Both the position numbers and the translations under genes were made by a program. Source: an uncultured delta proteobacterium (GTDB taxonomy: Bacteria; Desulfobacterota; Binatia; UBA9968). From it: a stretch of 64,000 nt of DNA. Shown piece by piece: positions 22,355-32,999 of this stretch. The stretch lies in NCBI GenBank assembly GCA_963755715.1, contig CAVWLW010000038.1, positions 1 through 64,000 of the forward strand, in the 5' to 3' direction. Numbering within the stretch: position 1 is the first letter of the stretch; each line of letters starts with the position of its first letter. A model generated the notes under the pieces. The model was not told the origin of the DNA. It ran no database searches and saw only the letters and a list, made by a program, of their open reading frames with translations.

Positions 22355-23700
22355 CGCCGCGCGACCAACTCCAGCTCCTTCTCAGCCGGCGCCACGGCGC
22401 TTTCGCGCGCCCACGCCGCCAGATCGGCGAGCGCCCGGCGCGACATCATTTCCTTTTTTGCCCTGCCGCGTAAACGCGCCGTGAGCGGCGCGATCAGTCC
22501 GAAGTTCACGTTCATCGGCTGAAACCGTTTGCGCTCGGGATCGGTAATATAATGCAAGAGTGCGCCCAGCGCGGTCGTCGCCGGCGGCGTGACCGTCGGT
22601 GCGCCGGCGCTCAGCTTCGCGGCGTTGATCCCGGCGAGCAGTCCCGTCGCGGCGGATTCGATGTAGCCCTCGACGCCGGTCATCTGGCCGGCAAAAAATA
22701 GTGTCGCGCGCTGACGCCATTGCAGAGTCGGCATAAGATGGAGCGGCGCATTGATGAAAGTATTGCGATGCAAACTGCCCAGACGGACGAATTCGGCCTG
22801 GGCCAGTCCCGGGATCAGCGCCAAGACACGGCGCTGCTCGGCGTAAGTCATTTTGGTTTGAAAACCGACCAGATTGTAGAGCGTTTTCTCCTGGTTTTCC
22901 TGGCGCAGCTGTGCCACCGCATAGGGTCGCGTGCCGGTGCACGGATCGCGCAGCCCGACCGCGCGCATGGGCCCGAACGCGAGCGTCTCTCTGCCGCGGT
23001 CGGCCATTTCTTCGATCGGCATGCAGCCCTCGAAAGGCACGAAGCGTTCGAAACTATGCGTCGGCACGCGCTCGGCGGTCAAAAGCGCATCGATGAAACG
23101 ATGATATTCTTCCCGCGTCAGCGGCAGATTTAGATAATCATCGCCACCCTTATCGTAACGGGAGGCGCGAAAGGCGACGCTCATGTCAATCGATTCAGCG
23201 CTGACAATCGGCGAAATCGCGTCGTAAAAATAAAGATGCTCTTCGCCTAATCGAGCGGCCAATTCTTTTGATAATGCCGGCGAAGTGAGCGGCCCGGTGG
23301 CAATGATGACGATGCCATCGTCTGGAATGTGCCGAACTTCTTCGCGAACGATCCGTACTCCCACCAACCCCCCGACCGTTTCGGTCAAAGCGCGGCTAAA
23401 ATTCGCGCGATCCACCGCCAACGCCGAGCCCGCCGGCACCCGGTGCCGATCGGCGCAGCGAATGATGAGGGAATCGAGACAGCGCATTTCCGCCTTGAGC
23501 AAGCCGGCCGGGGCCGACGGTAAATCGGAACGGAGCGAGTTGCTGCACACCAGCTCGCCGAGATCGCTGCCGGCGTGCGCTTCGGTCATGCGCTGCGGCC
23601 GCATCTCGAAGAGCTCCACAGCGATACCGCGGCGAGCAAGCTGCCAGGCGGCTTCCGCCCCAGCGAGCCCGCCGCCGATAATGCGCACGACGTTTTCCAT
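22351..23700 (-). CDS. trmFO: tRNA (uracil-54) methyltransferase TrmFO
   Basis: GGGLAGAEAA, ELVCSNS, FYDAISP, GQMTGVEGY, QPMNVNFG. Confidence 0.97.
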   Translation of the reverse strand: MENVVRIIGGGLAGAEAAWQLARRGIAVELFEMRPQRMTEAHAGSDLGELVCSNSLRSDLPSAPAGLLKAEMRCLDSLIIRCADRHRVPAGSALAVDRANFSRALTETVGGLVGVRIVREEVRHIPDDGIVIIATGPLTSPALSKELAARLGEEHLYFYDAISPIVSAESIDMSVAFRASRYDKGGDDYLNLPLTREEYHRFIDALLTAERVPTHSFERFVPFEGCMPIEEMADRGRETLAFGPMRAVGLRDPCTGTRPYAVAQLRQENQEKTLYNLVGFQTKMTYAEQRRVLALIPGLAQAEFVRLGSLHRNTFINAPLHLMPTLQWRQRATLFFAGQMTGVEGYIESAATGLLAGINAAKLSAGAPTVTPPATTALGALLHYITDPERKRFQPMNVNFGLIAPLTARLRGRAKKEMMSRRALADLAAWARESAVAPAEKELELVARR

Positions 23701-23788
23701 GGATTCTTACACAGCAAAAAAAGTCCGTGCGGGCCGGGAGAAATCGGCGCGCGCGGCGCTGACCTGACGATTTGACGAAACGCGCCGC

Positions 23789-26149
23789 CTAGGCGGAGCT
23801 AGCCGATGACTGCGCCGCGGATTTGTCAGCGCTCGGCGGGTCTTCAACCTGGATCGAATAGCCGCACTCTTTCTTATAACAACGCTGCGTCCGCCCCGCC
23901 CGCTTGGTCACTTTCTCGACGAGAATCGGACTGCCGCAATCGGGACAAGCGATCGGCAACGGCTTGTCCCACGAGGCGAACTTGCATTCGGGATATTTGT
24001 CACAGCCATAGAAGATCTTGCCCCAACGCGATTTGCGTTCTTTGATGTTGCCTTCCTTGCACTCGGGACACTTGATGCCGAGGTCCACAGGTTTTTGCAG
24101 CGGTTGAATATTTTTGCACTCGGGATAGCCGCTGCAGCCGAGAAACTTGCCGAACTTGCCCCAGCGCAACAGCATTGGCCTCCCGCATAACTCACAAGTT
24201 TCATTGACTTCTTCCTCGGCGGCGATTTGGACCTCACCATTGTCGGCGCGTTTGAAGTTTTTGGTGCTCTTGCACTCGGGATATTGCGGACAAGCGAGAA
24301 ACTCGCCGTTGCGCCCCCACTTGATCACCATTTTAGCGCCGCACTTATCGCAGTCGATGTCGGTCGGCACCTCTTGGCGTTTGACGTCGCGCATCTCTTT
24401 ATCGGCTTTTTTGAGGTCGCGCGAAAACGGCGTGTAAAAGCGCTTCATCGCCTTGGTCCATTTTTCTTTGCCGTCTTCGATCTTGTCGAGCTCATCTTCC
24501 ATGCCGGCAGTGAACTCGACGTTTAGGATATCGGGAAAGCTCTCGACCAGAAGATCGGTAACGAGAAAACCCAAATCCGTCGGCGCCAAGGACCGGCTTT
24601 CATTCTGGATGACATACTCGCGGTCAAGAATATTCGAGATAATCGCAGCGTATGTCGACGGCCGGCCGATGCCTTTTTCGTCCAGCTCTTTGATCAAAGA
24701 CGCCTGCGTGTAGCGCGGCGGCGGCTGGGTGAAATGCTGGCGCGGATCGAGGCCGAGCAGTTTCAACAAGTCGCCCTTTTGCAAATTCGGCAATACACCG
24801 TCCGTGTCTTGCGCGTCACTGTCCTCTTCGTCTTCGTCCTTGCTATCCGCGGCGCGCTCATCGCGTCCTTCGATGTACACTTTCATGAAGCCGTCGAACT
24901 TGATTTGCTGGCCGGTGGCGCGAAACAGCGCTTCTCTGACGGGAATCTCGAATAACGTCTGGTCGTAAACCGCGGGCACCATTTGACTGGCGACGAAACG
25001 GTCCCAGATCAACGAATAAAGCTGGAACAAATCGCGGCGCAAATAACGTCGCACCCGCTCCGGCGCATAATCCAGCGCGGTCGGGCGTATCGCCTCGTGC
25101 GCGTCCTGGGCGCCTTTCTTCGAGCGAAACGTGTTCGGTTTGCCGGGCACGTAATTCTTGCCGTATTGGCTTTGAATATGCTGGCGCACGGCGCTCAATG
25201 CGTCCGCGGAAATACGCGTCGAATCGGTGCGCATGTAGGTGATCAGACCCACCGAGCCCTCGCTGCCGAGCTCGACGCCTTCATAGAGCTGCTGCGCCAG
25301 TTGCATCGTGCGTTTGGGTTGAAAGCCGAGCTTGCGCGCCGCTTCCTGTTGCAATTTACTGGTCACGAACGGCGGCGTCGGGTAGCGGCGCCGTTCTTTC
25401 TTTTCGACTTCGCCGATGATCCAGGCGGCGCCGTCCAATGATTTGATGATGTCCTGGACGTGCGATTCGTTCTCCAGGCGGAACTTCTTATTATCGACCT
25501 TCTGTCCCTGCCACTGGGCCAAACGCGCCTTGAACGATGGCGGCAAACGTCCTTCCAATTGCGCCGTCAGCGACCAGTATTCGACCGTCTCGAAGGCACG
25601 GATTTCTCGCTCGCGCTCGCAGACCAGGCGTACGGCGACCGACTGCACCCGCCCGGCGCTCAAGCCGCGCCGCACTTTTTTCCACAGCAGCGGACTGAGC
25701 TGATAGCCCACCAAGCGGTCCAACACCCGGCGCGCAATCTGCGCGTCGAATTTGTTGCGATCGAGCTCCTGCGGATTGGCGATGGCTTCCTGCACCGCTT
25801 TTTTAGTGATCTCGTTGATCAGCACGCGATGCACGTGCTTGTGATTTTTCGCGACCTGACCGGCGATATGCCAGGCGATGGCCTCGCCCTCGCGGTCGGG
25901 GTCGGAAGCCAGGTAGATATTATCTTTCCCTTTGGCCGCCTTCTTGAGGTCTTCGATGACTTTTTTCTTGGCTTGAATGACGTGAAAATCCGGTGCGAAA
26001 TCTTTTTTAATATCGACGCCGAGCTTGCTTTTCGGCAGATCGACGACGTGACCGACGGACGCTTTGACTTGGAAGTCGCGTCCCAAGTACTTTTCCAGGG
26101 TCTTCGCTTTGGCGGGCGATTCAACGATGACTAGATTCTTAGCTGCCAT
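23789..26149 (-). CDS. topA: DNA topoisomerase I with C-terminal zinc ribbons
   Basis: VIVESPAKAKT, DPDREGE, SAGRVQS, ITYMRTDS, GIGRPSTY. Confidence 0.98.
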   Translation of the reverse strand: MAAKNLVIVESPAKAKTLEKYLGRDFQVKASVGHVVDLPKSKLGVDIKKDFAPDFHVIQAKKKVIEDLKKAAKGKDNIYLASDPDREGEAIAWHIAGQVAKNHKHVHRVLINEITKKAVQEAIANPQELDRNKFDAQIARRVLDRLVGYQLSPLLWKKVRRGLSAGRVQSVAVRLVCEREREIRAFETVEYWSLTAQLEGRLPPSFKARLAQWQGQKVDNKKFRLENESHVQDIIKSLDGAAWIIGEVEKKERRRYPTPPFVTSKLQQEAARKLGFQPKRTMQLAQQLYEGVELGSEGSVGLITYMRTDSTRISADALSAVRQHIQSQYGKNYVPGKPNTFRSKKGAQDAHEAIRPTALDYAPERVRRYLRRDLFQLYSLIWDRFVASQMVPAVYDQTLFEIPVREALFRATGQQIKFDGFMKVYIEGRDERAADSKDEDEEDSDAQDTDGVLPNLQKGDLLKLLGLDPRQHFTQPPPRYTQASLIKELDEKGIGRPSTYAAIISNILDREYVIQNESRSLAPTDLGFLVTDLLVESFPDILNVEFTAGMEDELDKIEDGKEKWTKAMKRFYTPFSRDLKKADKEMRDVKRQEVPTDIDCDKCGAKMVIKWGRNGEFLACPQYPECKSTKNFKRADNGEVQIAAEEEVNETCELCGRPMLLRWGKFGKFLGCSGYPECKNIQPLQKPVDLGIKCPECKEGNIKERKSRWGKIFYGCDKYPECKFASWDKPLPIACPDCGSPILVEKVTKRAGRTQRCYKKECGYSIQVEDPPSADKSAAQSSASSA

Positions 26150-26193
26150 GAATTAAACTCGATTCTGAATGCTCCCCATTTTGATGTCTAGAT

Positions 26194-27351
26194 TTACCTT
26201 TCCGCTCGATAGATCTTTCCTGGCAACTGTCGCAGCAACCCCTGCAACTCTAAATCCAAGAGAGTTTCCAAAACCTGAGCGGCCGACATACCGGTTCTTT
26301 CAATCACCTGATCTACTTGCAGGGTGTTCTCCTGCAGTAACGCAAAAATCGTGCGAGTGGCATCGCTGGCATTTTGCGGCAACACGCGCGGCGCGCGTTG
26401 TGTCGCGCTGCCGGTGCGATCCAATAGTTGCGGCGCGATCTCTTCGATAATATCGTCGACGCTCTCGACGAGCTTCGCGCCCTGGCGGATCAAGCGGTGC
26501 GCGCCCCGGCTCCGGCTCGAGCCCACTTCGCCCGGCACGGCAAACACTTCGCGCCCTTGCTCCACCGCCAAAGTTGCGGTAATCAGCGAGCCGCTCTTCT
26601 CTGTCGCTTCGACCACAACGACACCCAGCGACAAACCGCTGATCAGACGGTTGCGCGCGGGAAAATTGAACGCCAGCGGCCGCGTGCCAATGGGCAACTC
26701 GGAGAGGACCGCGCCGTTTTCGCCAATGCGCCGGTAGAGCGTTTCATGCTCTGCGGGATAAGCCCGCTCGACGCCTGAACCGAGGACTGCGATCGTACGC
26801 CCGCCGGCCTGAAGCGCGCTCTCGTGCGCGCTGCCATCGATACCGCGCGCCATCCCGCTGACTACGGTGAATCCCAAGGACACCAAGCCGCGCGCCAGAT
26901 CGCGCGCCACTCTGCGTCCATATTCACTAGCGCTCCGTGAGCCGACGATCGCAACCGCTTTGTCGTCGTCGGTAAGAATATTCCCTTTAACATAAAGGAA
27001 CGGCGGCGGATCGGCGATCGTGCGCAGCCGCGCCGGATAATTCGGATTGGTAAACGGGACAATCGCTATTCCAGCATCGCGCGCGCGTTCGATTTCTTCG
27101 TCAATCTCCGCCCAATCCGAAAAGGCGACGATCCCGTCGATCGCATCGCGGTGCAATCCTTCGACTTGTTCGAGCTCGGTCAGTGCGGCGGAGAATGCCG
27201 CCGTCGGATCAACGAACCGCGTCGTGAGTTTTTTGAAACTCACGGCGCCGAGTCCTTTGACTCGCGCGAGCGCTAGCCACGGCGCATTCACATGTCGCGA
27301 CGATACGGACAACTGCAGTCCTTTCTCGAAGGATAAAGATGCCTGAATCAT
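26194..27351 (-). CDS. dprA: DNA-processing protein DprA (start uncertain)
   Basis: VAIVGSR, SGMARGID, FPARNRLISGLS, SGSLITA. Confidence 0.95.
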   Translation of the reverse strand: MIQASLSFEKGLQLSVSSRHVNAPWLALARVKGLGAVSFKKLTTRFVDPTAAFSAALTELEQVEGLHRDAIDGIVAFSDWAEIDEEIERARDAGIAIVPFTNPNYPARLRTIADPPPFLYVKGNILTDDDKAVAIVGSRSASEYGRRVARDLARGLVSLGFTVVSGMARGIDGSAHESALQAGGRTIAVLGSGVERAYPAEHETLYRRIGENGAVLSELPIGTRPLAFNFPARNRLISGLSLGVVVVEATEKSGSLITATLAVEQGREVFAVPGEVGSSRSRGAHRLIRQGAKLVESVDDIIEEIAPQLLDRTGSATQRAPRVLPQNASDATRTIFALLQENTLQVDQVIERTGMSAAQVLETLLDLELQGLLRQLPGKIYRAER

Positions 27352-27670
27352 ATTTGTTAAAGCTTTGTCAAACTGGAGCGCGAAGCAATCGTCGCAGCGC
27401 GGCCAGAGGAACGAGATACAAATGATAAGGCAATTTGGAATTGAACGCTAGCAGGCGGCACTGCGGGCGAGTCAAATCGGCGCTCTCGAACTATGGGAAG
27501 TCACTGATTTTGCAACGCGTTTCGCTGAGCGCAAGAAATTTATTCGCCGCCCGGATTTGCCCCTGGCGCGCGCGCATCAGCGCGTGCAGAGTAGAGTAGG
27601 TTCGATAACATGCTGTGCGCCGATGAGAAGGCGTGACGTCGCGCTTAACCTGGCCAACCGCGCTGCTCGG

Positions 27671-29074
27671 TCATGATCGTTTCCGCTGTTTCGGCTCGCG
27701 GCGCGCGCGCAAATCGAGCCGGATCGGCGTGTGCTCAAATCCCAGATGCTGCTGCAATTGATGCACTAAATATCTTTTATAACTCTCCATCACGGCGTTT
27801 GGCGTATTGACGAATAGCGTCAACCTCGGCGGCCGGGTGCCGCTCTGAGTGCCGTAGAAAAATTTTACCGGCTTGCCGCGCGCGAGCGGCGCACTGTGAG
27901 CTCGGACGATTTTTTGCAAGGCTTGGTTGACCGCCGATGTTGAAACTTTGCGCCGGTAAGATTTTAAAACTCGTGCTGCAGTCTCGTTCATCCTGCGCAC
28001 GCCGTAACCCGTCGCCGCCGAGATGAACGTAACCGGGACGAATTCCAAAAAGGCCAGATGGTAATTGACTTCGGCGCGATATTTTTCGACATCGCCGTCG
28101 GCCTTGGATACGAGGTCCCACTTGTTCACCGCGAGGATCAAAGCTTTGTCGCGTTGAAACGCATAGCTGAGAATCTGCGCGTCTTGATCGGTGACGCCCT
28201 CGGGGCCGTCGATAATGTGAATAACCAAATCGCCGCGATCGACGGCCTTGAGCGACCGGCTGACGCTGAAGCGTTCGATGCGGTCATCGATCCGCGCCTT
28301 GCGCCGGATACCGGCGGTGTCGATTAGAATGCACGGCTCGCCCAGCAACGTAAACGGCGCGTCCAGCGAATCGCGCGTCGTCCCCGGCATGGCGTCGACG
28401 ACAGAGCGTTCGTAACCGAGCAAGCGATTGATCAACGTCGACTTGCCGACGTTAGGCCGACCGATGATCGCGACGTGCATCGGTTCGGTTTCATCCGCGC
28501 GCTCTTCCTCGTCGGTGTCCGCGCGATCCGGCGGGAATCGGCCGATCAGATCGTCCATCAAATCGGGGATACCAAGACCATGCTCGGCGGAAATCGAATA
28601 GAGAGGATCGAGACCGAGCGCGTAAAACTCGTAAAGGTTATCGGCGCGCTGCCGAGAATCGAGCTTGTTGACCGCAAAAAACACCGGCTTGCCCGACTTG
28701 CGCAGCAGATCGACGGCCACGCGATCCAAGGGATTGAGTCCGCCTTTGCCGTCGAACAGAAATAAAATGACGTCGGCTTCCGCCACCGCGCGCCCACTCT
28801 GAGCCTGTACGCTCTCGTCGAGCGCGCGCCCGCTGTCCAAATCCAAGCCGCCGGTATCGATGATCAGATACCGTCGCCCGGCCCACAGAGCCTCGGCATA
28901 ATTGCGATCGCGGGTCACGCCCGGCATGTCGTCGACAATCGCTTTGCGCGCGCCACTCAGACGGTTGAAAAGCGTTGATTTGCCGACGTTGGGTCGGCCG
29001 ACGATCGCGACGACGGGAAGCTTGCCTGGCTGCGCCGGCATATTCGCAATATTTGCTGTCGATGACGGCATCAT
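27671..29074 (-). CDS. der: Ribosome biogenesis GTPase Der/EngA
   Basis: Two GRPNVGKS G domains (DTGG and DTAG). Confidence 0.97.
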   Translation of the reverse strand: MMPSSTANIANMPAQPGKLPVVAIVGRPNVGKSTLFNRLSGARKAIVDDMPGVTRDRNYAEALWAGRRYLIIDTGGLDLDSGRALDESVQAQSGRAVAEADVILFLFDGKGGLNPLDRVAVDLLRKSGKPVFFAVNKLDSRQRADNLYEFYALGLDPLYSISAEHGLGIPDLMDDLIGRFPPDRADTDEEERADETEPMHVAIIGRPNVGKSTLINRLLGYERSVVDAMPGTTRDSLDAPFTLLGEPCILIDTAGIRRKARIDDRIERFSVSRSLKAVDRGDLVIHIIDGPEGVTDQDAQILSYAFQRDKALILAVNKWDLVSKADGDVEKYRAEVNYHLAFLEFVPVTFISAATGYGVRRMNETAARVLKSYRRKVSTSAVNQALQKIVRAHSAPLARGKPVKFFYGTQSGTRPPRLTLFVNTPNAVMESYKRYLVHQLQQHLGFEHTPIRLDLRARREPKQRKRS

Positions 29075-29075
29075 C

Positions 29076-29999
29076 TCACAAACCCATTTCGGTCAAAGCC
29101 TGCGGATTCTGCGTCCAGCCCGGGTCGACGCGAACGAAGAGTTCAAGAAAAATTCGGCAACCCAGCAGACTCTCCAGCTCTTCGCGCGCCTGTTTGCCGA
29201 TCTCTTTCAGCATGCTGCCGTGCTTGCCGATCAAAATCCCCTTGTGCGAATCGCGCTCGGTATGGATCGTCGCTGCAATCACGATCAGATTCTTCTCCTC
29301 CTTCTCGGTAAACTCGTCGATGGTCACCGCGACGCCGTAGGGAATCTCCTCGCGCGTGAGCAGAAAGACTTTCTCGCGGACGATCTCGGACGCGAGAAAG
29401 CGCTCCGATTGGTCGGTGTGCTCGCCTTCGGTGAAATACTGCGGCCCGACGGGAAGCCAGCCTTCGACAATGTTCAAAACGATATCTAATCCCTCGCCTT
29501 TGAGCGCGCTTACGGGAACAATCTCTTTATCGGGCAATAACTGCGCGCAGCGCTCCATCAGCGGCAGCAGTTTGCCTTTAGAAACAAGATCCATCTTATT
29601 GAGCAGAATCAACACGGGGGTTTCCACGCCCCGCAGCGTTTCGGCGATCCGTTCCTCTTCCTGTTTAATTTTGTCGTGGGCGTCGAGCAGCCAGAGCACG
29701 CCGTCCACGTCATCCAAGGTATGTAACGCGGTGTCCATCAAGCGTCGGTTCATGAGCGAATGGCCTTGATGAATGCCCGGCGTATCGATGAAAATAATCT
29801 GCGACGCCGCGGTCGTGCGGATGCCGCTCACCCGATTGCGCGTCGTTTGCGGCTTGGGCGATACGATCGCAACCTTTTCGCCGAGAATCTGATTCAGCAA
29901 GGTCGACTTGCCGACGTTAGGCCGGCCGATAATCGCAATATAACCGGAGCGAAACGACGGCTCCGTTTTTTCCTTGTTCTTGTTTTTCACGTCTGCCAT
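29076..29999 (-). CDS. era: GTPase Era
   Basis: GRPNVGKS, KPQTTR, EEIPY, KH domain with IGKHG. Confidence 0.97.
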   Translation of the reverse strand: MADVKNKNKEKTEPSFRSGYIAIIGRPNVGKSTLLNQILGEKVAIVSPKPQTTRNRVSGIRTTAASQIIFIDTPGIHQGHSLMNRRLMDTALHTLDDVDGVLWLLDAHDKIKQEEERIAETLRGVETPVLILLNKMDLVSKGKLLPLMERCAQLLPDKEIVPVSALKGEGLDIVLNIVEGWLPVGPQYFTEGEHTDQSERFLASEIVREKVFLLTREEIPYGVAVTIDEFTEKEEKNLIVIAATIHTERDSHKGILIGKHGSMLKEIGKQAREELESLLGCRIFLELFVRVDPGWTQNPQALTEMGL

Positions 30000-30079
30000 A
30001 AACTTAAGATCGTGGGGAGCTGTATTATGACACCGTGGTTCCGCGGTTCAAGGTCGCCTCTAACACGCATATTTTCATC

Positions 30080-30661
30080 ATGACGACGATCCGACTCACG
30101 CCGCTGATGAAACAGCGGCTCACCCGGCGCGCTTATGAAATGGTCGTGCGCTCACTAATTTGCTTTCCGGAATTGAAAGAAACGACGATCACCATCGGCT
30201 ACACGCGCAAGCACCTGGGGAGCGCGACCGTGGTTTACCGCACGGGAGTCATTTCACAATTGATCATTCGGCTCAAGGTACGGAAGGTAACTTATCAAAC
30301 CATCGGGCACGAGTTGACGCACTTGATCCAAGGCTTGGACCGCGGCAATCTTACTGCGCCGCGCGCGACTGATTCCGACCGAATTCCCTCCGGCGAAACT
30401 CAATGCGATATCTGGACGCTAGCCCGTGACCCACTCTTTTGCGACGACCCACCGACCTATATCAAGATGCCGCGCATCATGCGCGAACGATGGGCGGAAT
30501 ATTCCGAATCCGTGCGCGAATTGTGCATCGCCGCGATCGAAAAACGCCACACCCAGCGGCACTATATTCGCTGGCTGGAAGATGAGATTCGTAAGCTGGC
30601 GAAAGCGCCGGTCGAGAAAAAAATTGCGCCGGCGCAGCTCGCTTTGCCCTTTATCATTTGA
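30080..30661 (+). CDS. Hypothetical protein with HExxH zincin-like motif
   Basis: QTIGHELTHL followed by PSGETQCD. Confidence 0.65.
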   Translation: MTTIRLTPLMKQRLTRRAYEMVVRSLICFPELKETTITIGYTRKHLGSATVVYRTGVISQLIIRLKVRKVTYQTIGHELTHLIQGLDRGNLTAPRATDSDRIPSGETQCDIWTLARDPLFCDDPPTYIKMPRIMRERWAEYSESVRELCIAAIEKRHTQRHYIRWLEDEIRKLAKAPVEKKIAPAQLALPFII

Positions 30662-30729
30662 TCAGAGTTCGGCGTCACCCGATCTACGGATTCTTGGTTT
30701 GTGAATGTCAGATCGGTGTAATTGAATTT

Positions 30730-31669
30730 TTATCCCTTGAGAATCGCTTCGATCTCTTTGAGATCATTGGCACTCAAGGTCCAATCAGCCGCTTTCACAT
30801 TGCTGGTTAAATGTTCCAGCCTCTTTGCGCCGGTGATCACCGAACACACCGACGGCTGCGCCAGCAACCAAGCTTGCGCCAGCTCATTGACGCCGCGACC
30901 ATGATCTTTCGCCCAAGCCGTCAACTTGCCGACCCGGTGATAATTTTTTTCCGTCATCAACTCTTGAACGTTTCGGACCGACTCACCGCGCGAGCCCGCG
31001 GGCGGAGGTTTGCCCATTTCGTACTTGCCGGTGAGAAATCCGCCTGCCAGCGGATAATAGGGAACGAAGCCGACATTATGGGTCCGGCAGTACGGTAAGA
31101 CTTCGCGCTCGACGCCGCGCTTTAACATGTTGTACTCCGACTGCAGCACAGCGAAGCGCGTCCAGCCTTTCAGCTCCGCCAACACATTGGCGTGGGCCAG
31201 TTGCCATGACGCGTATAGCGACGCGCCAATGTAGTAAAGCTTTCCCCATACGAATCAAATCATCCAGCCCACGCAGAGTTTCTTCGATCGGCGTCGTGTC
31301 GTCCCAGCGATGGCAGTAATAGAGATCGATATGATCGGTCTGCAGCCGCCGCAAGCTCTGCTCCACCGCTTGCATCATCTGGTAACGCGACGCGCCCCAG
31401 TTATTGGCGCTGGTTTTTCGCGGGAAATTGAATTTGGTCGCGATGACGACCTTGTCCAAATGCCCTTTGAGCGCATGGCCCAAGGTTTCTTCCGATCGGC
31501 CTTCATTATAAACGTTGGCCGTGTCAATAAAATTGACGCCGCTGTCGAGCGCCGCCCCGATGATCTTGTCGACCTCCACCTGTGGCACGTCCGGCGAACC
31601 GAAACGGTTGGCGCCCAATCCCACCACCGACACGCGCACCCCGGCATTACCCAGTTGACGATATTCCAT
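30730..31669 (-). CDS. Aldo/keto reductase with an apparent +1 frameshift near 31245
   Basis: MEYRQLG, DTANVY, SLRRLQTDHIDLY, then YIGAS, QSEYN, PLAGGFLTGKY in the next frame. Confidence 0.88.
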
Positions 31670-31767
31670 GAAACCCTCGTGGAGCAGTAAATTTTTTCTC
31701 GGTTTGCGGTTCGAATCGATGACGAAAGGAAAGCCACGCACGGCGCGGCCGCCGAATCAGCGAATGA

Positions 31768-32133
31768 TTATCTTTTATTGGCTGAGATCGAAACCGAGCG
31801 AAGCCAGCGCTGCGGCTTTTTACCGGCGCGGTCGCGCCCGCACTTCCAGCACTCGGAAAATTGGCCCTCGATCGTCTCGTCGCAGCCGTCGCAACGCCAG
31901 GCCTTTTTTACCGACCCCAGGGGCGCCAGGGTTTTCTTGAGGATCGATTTGGCTCTGGCGACCTTTTCCTCGTCGATGACCCAGAGCTCGGGCCAACATT
32001 CGATCGGCGGCAATTCGCCCGCCGCAATGTTGAGATCGAGATTGCGCGTGACGCACCGAATGCCGAATGTCGCCAACACATTCTTCAGGTGGCCGATCAT
32101 CAAAGGATCTTTTGCGCTATGGATTCGTTTCAT
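31768..32133 (-). CDS. DUF2007-type protein with C-terminal zinc ribbon
   Basis: AAGELPPIECWPELWV; WRCDGCDETIEGQFSECWKCG. Confidence 0.8.
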   Translation of the reverse strand: MKRIHSAKDPLMIGHLKNVLATFGIRCVTRNLDLNIAAGELPPIECWPELWVIDEEKVARAKSILKKTLAPLGSVKKAWRCDGCDETIEGQFSECWKCGRDRAGKKPQRWLRSVSISANKR

Positions 32134-32495
32134 GCGTCTTTGATGGCGCGCTCCTCGCTACGCCGCAGCGCTCCTTCGTTCAATTTTAACTTCTCGCCGA
32201 GCCACAGAGAGCGCTCCAGATGATCGCCGTAACCGTCGCCGGTCGATGGGTGCACGAGCACCGATAAGCCTTCGCGATGAAGCATCAGCCACGGAACGAC
32301 GCTGGCGAATTCCTCGGGAGCAAAAACCGCCTGATACATCGCGTCTAAGTGCGGCCCGACCGGCTCATCATGCCAACGGCCAAGCTGGACGTTGAAACTC
32401 GTCAGTCCGGCGCGCACCCGCGCCGCCGCATCCCGCGTCTTCGCCGGATCGTAATAAATATGGGCGTGGTAGCCCTTGATCACGCGCTCGCTCAT
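32130..32495 (-). CDS. DOPA 4,5-dioxygenase family protein
   Basis: YHAHIYY, PVGPH, LSVLVHP, DH..LWLG. Confidence 0.9.
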   Translation of the reverse strand: MSERVIKGYHAHIYYDPAKTRDAAARVRAGLTSFNVQLGRWHDEPVGPHLDAMYQAVFAPEEFASVVPWLMLHREGLSVLVHPSTGDGYGDHLERSLWLGEKLKLNEGALRRSEERAIKDA

Positions 32496-32667
32496 AAAAA
32501 CACCTCTCTCAATAGAGATGATGTTCTTTATTATCAAATCTGGCTTGCCGAAGCCAAATCAAACGGAGATTATTGGAAAGATAATGAGATCGCGAGTGCA
32601 CGCGTGATTCAAAGGTTGACGCGAGGAACACCCGCGTAAGGAAGCTTCAGGGGAAAGACCGAATGAG

Positions 32668-32862
32668 TTAGGAATTGGCAGCTTCTGGCAAGATTTCCTC
32701 GGGAAAGAGATATTCATAACCGGCCTGGCCGAAATTGACCAAGATTAACTGGCGTCCCATATTTTCCACCATCCGCACGAAAGTGCCTTCGCGCGGCAAC
32801 ACTACTCCCGTCTTCTGCGATCTGATGGGTTTACTGGTTTTCAATAGGTCTCCAGGACTCAT
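32668..32862 (-). CDS. Small hypothetical protein (64 aa)
   Basis: Strong GGAGG RBS 7 nt before the ATG; compact protein-like composition. Confidence 0.75.
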   Translation of the reverse strand: MSPGDLLKTSKPIRSQKTGVVLPREGTFVRMVENMGRQLILVNFGQAGYEYLFPEEILPEAANS

Positions 32863-32981
32863 TGTATATCCTCCCAGTGTGTAACGCGTTGCTTGCTAGA
32901 ATTTCATTTGTCGAATGTCGTCTCCTGTTCCAACAACCTCGTTGCTTCACTTCTTATTAGACGCTCGCCATTGGGAAACTA

Positions 32982-32999
32982 ATGCAAGCGAAAGACCAA
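32982..32999 (-). promoter_or_regulatory. Candidate sigma54 (-24/-12) promoter
   Basis: TTGGTCTTTCGCTTGCAT: GG-N10-GC spacing with TTGCA. Confidence 0.45.
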
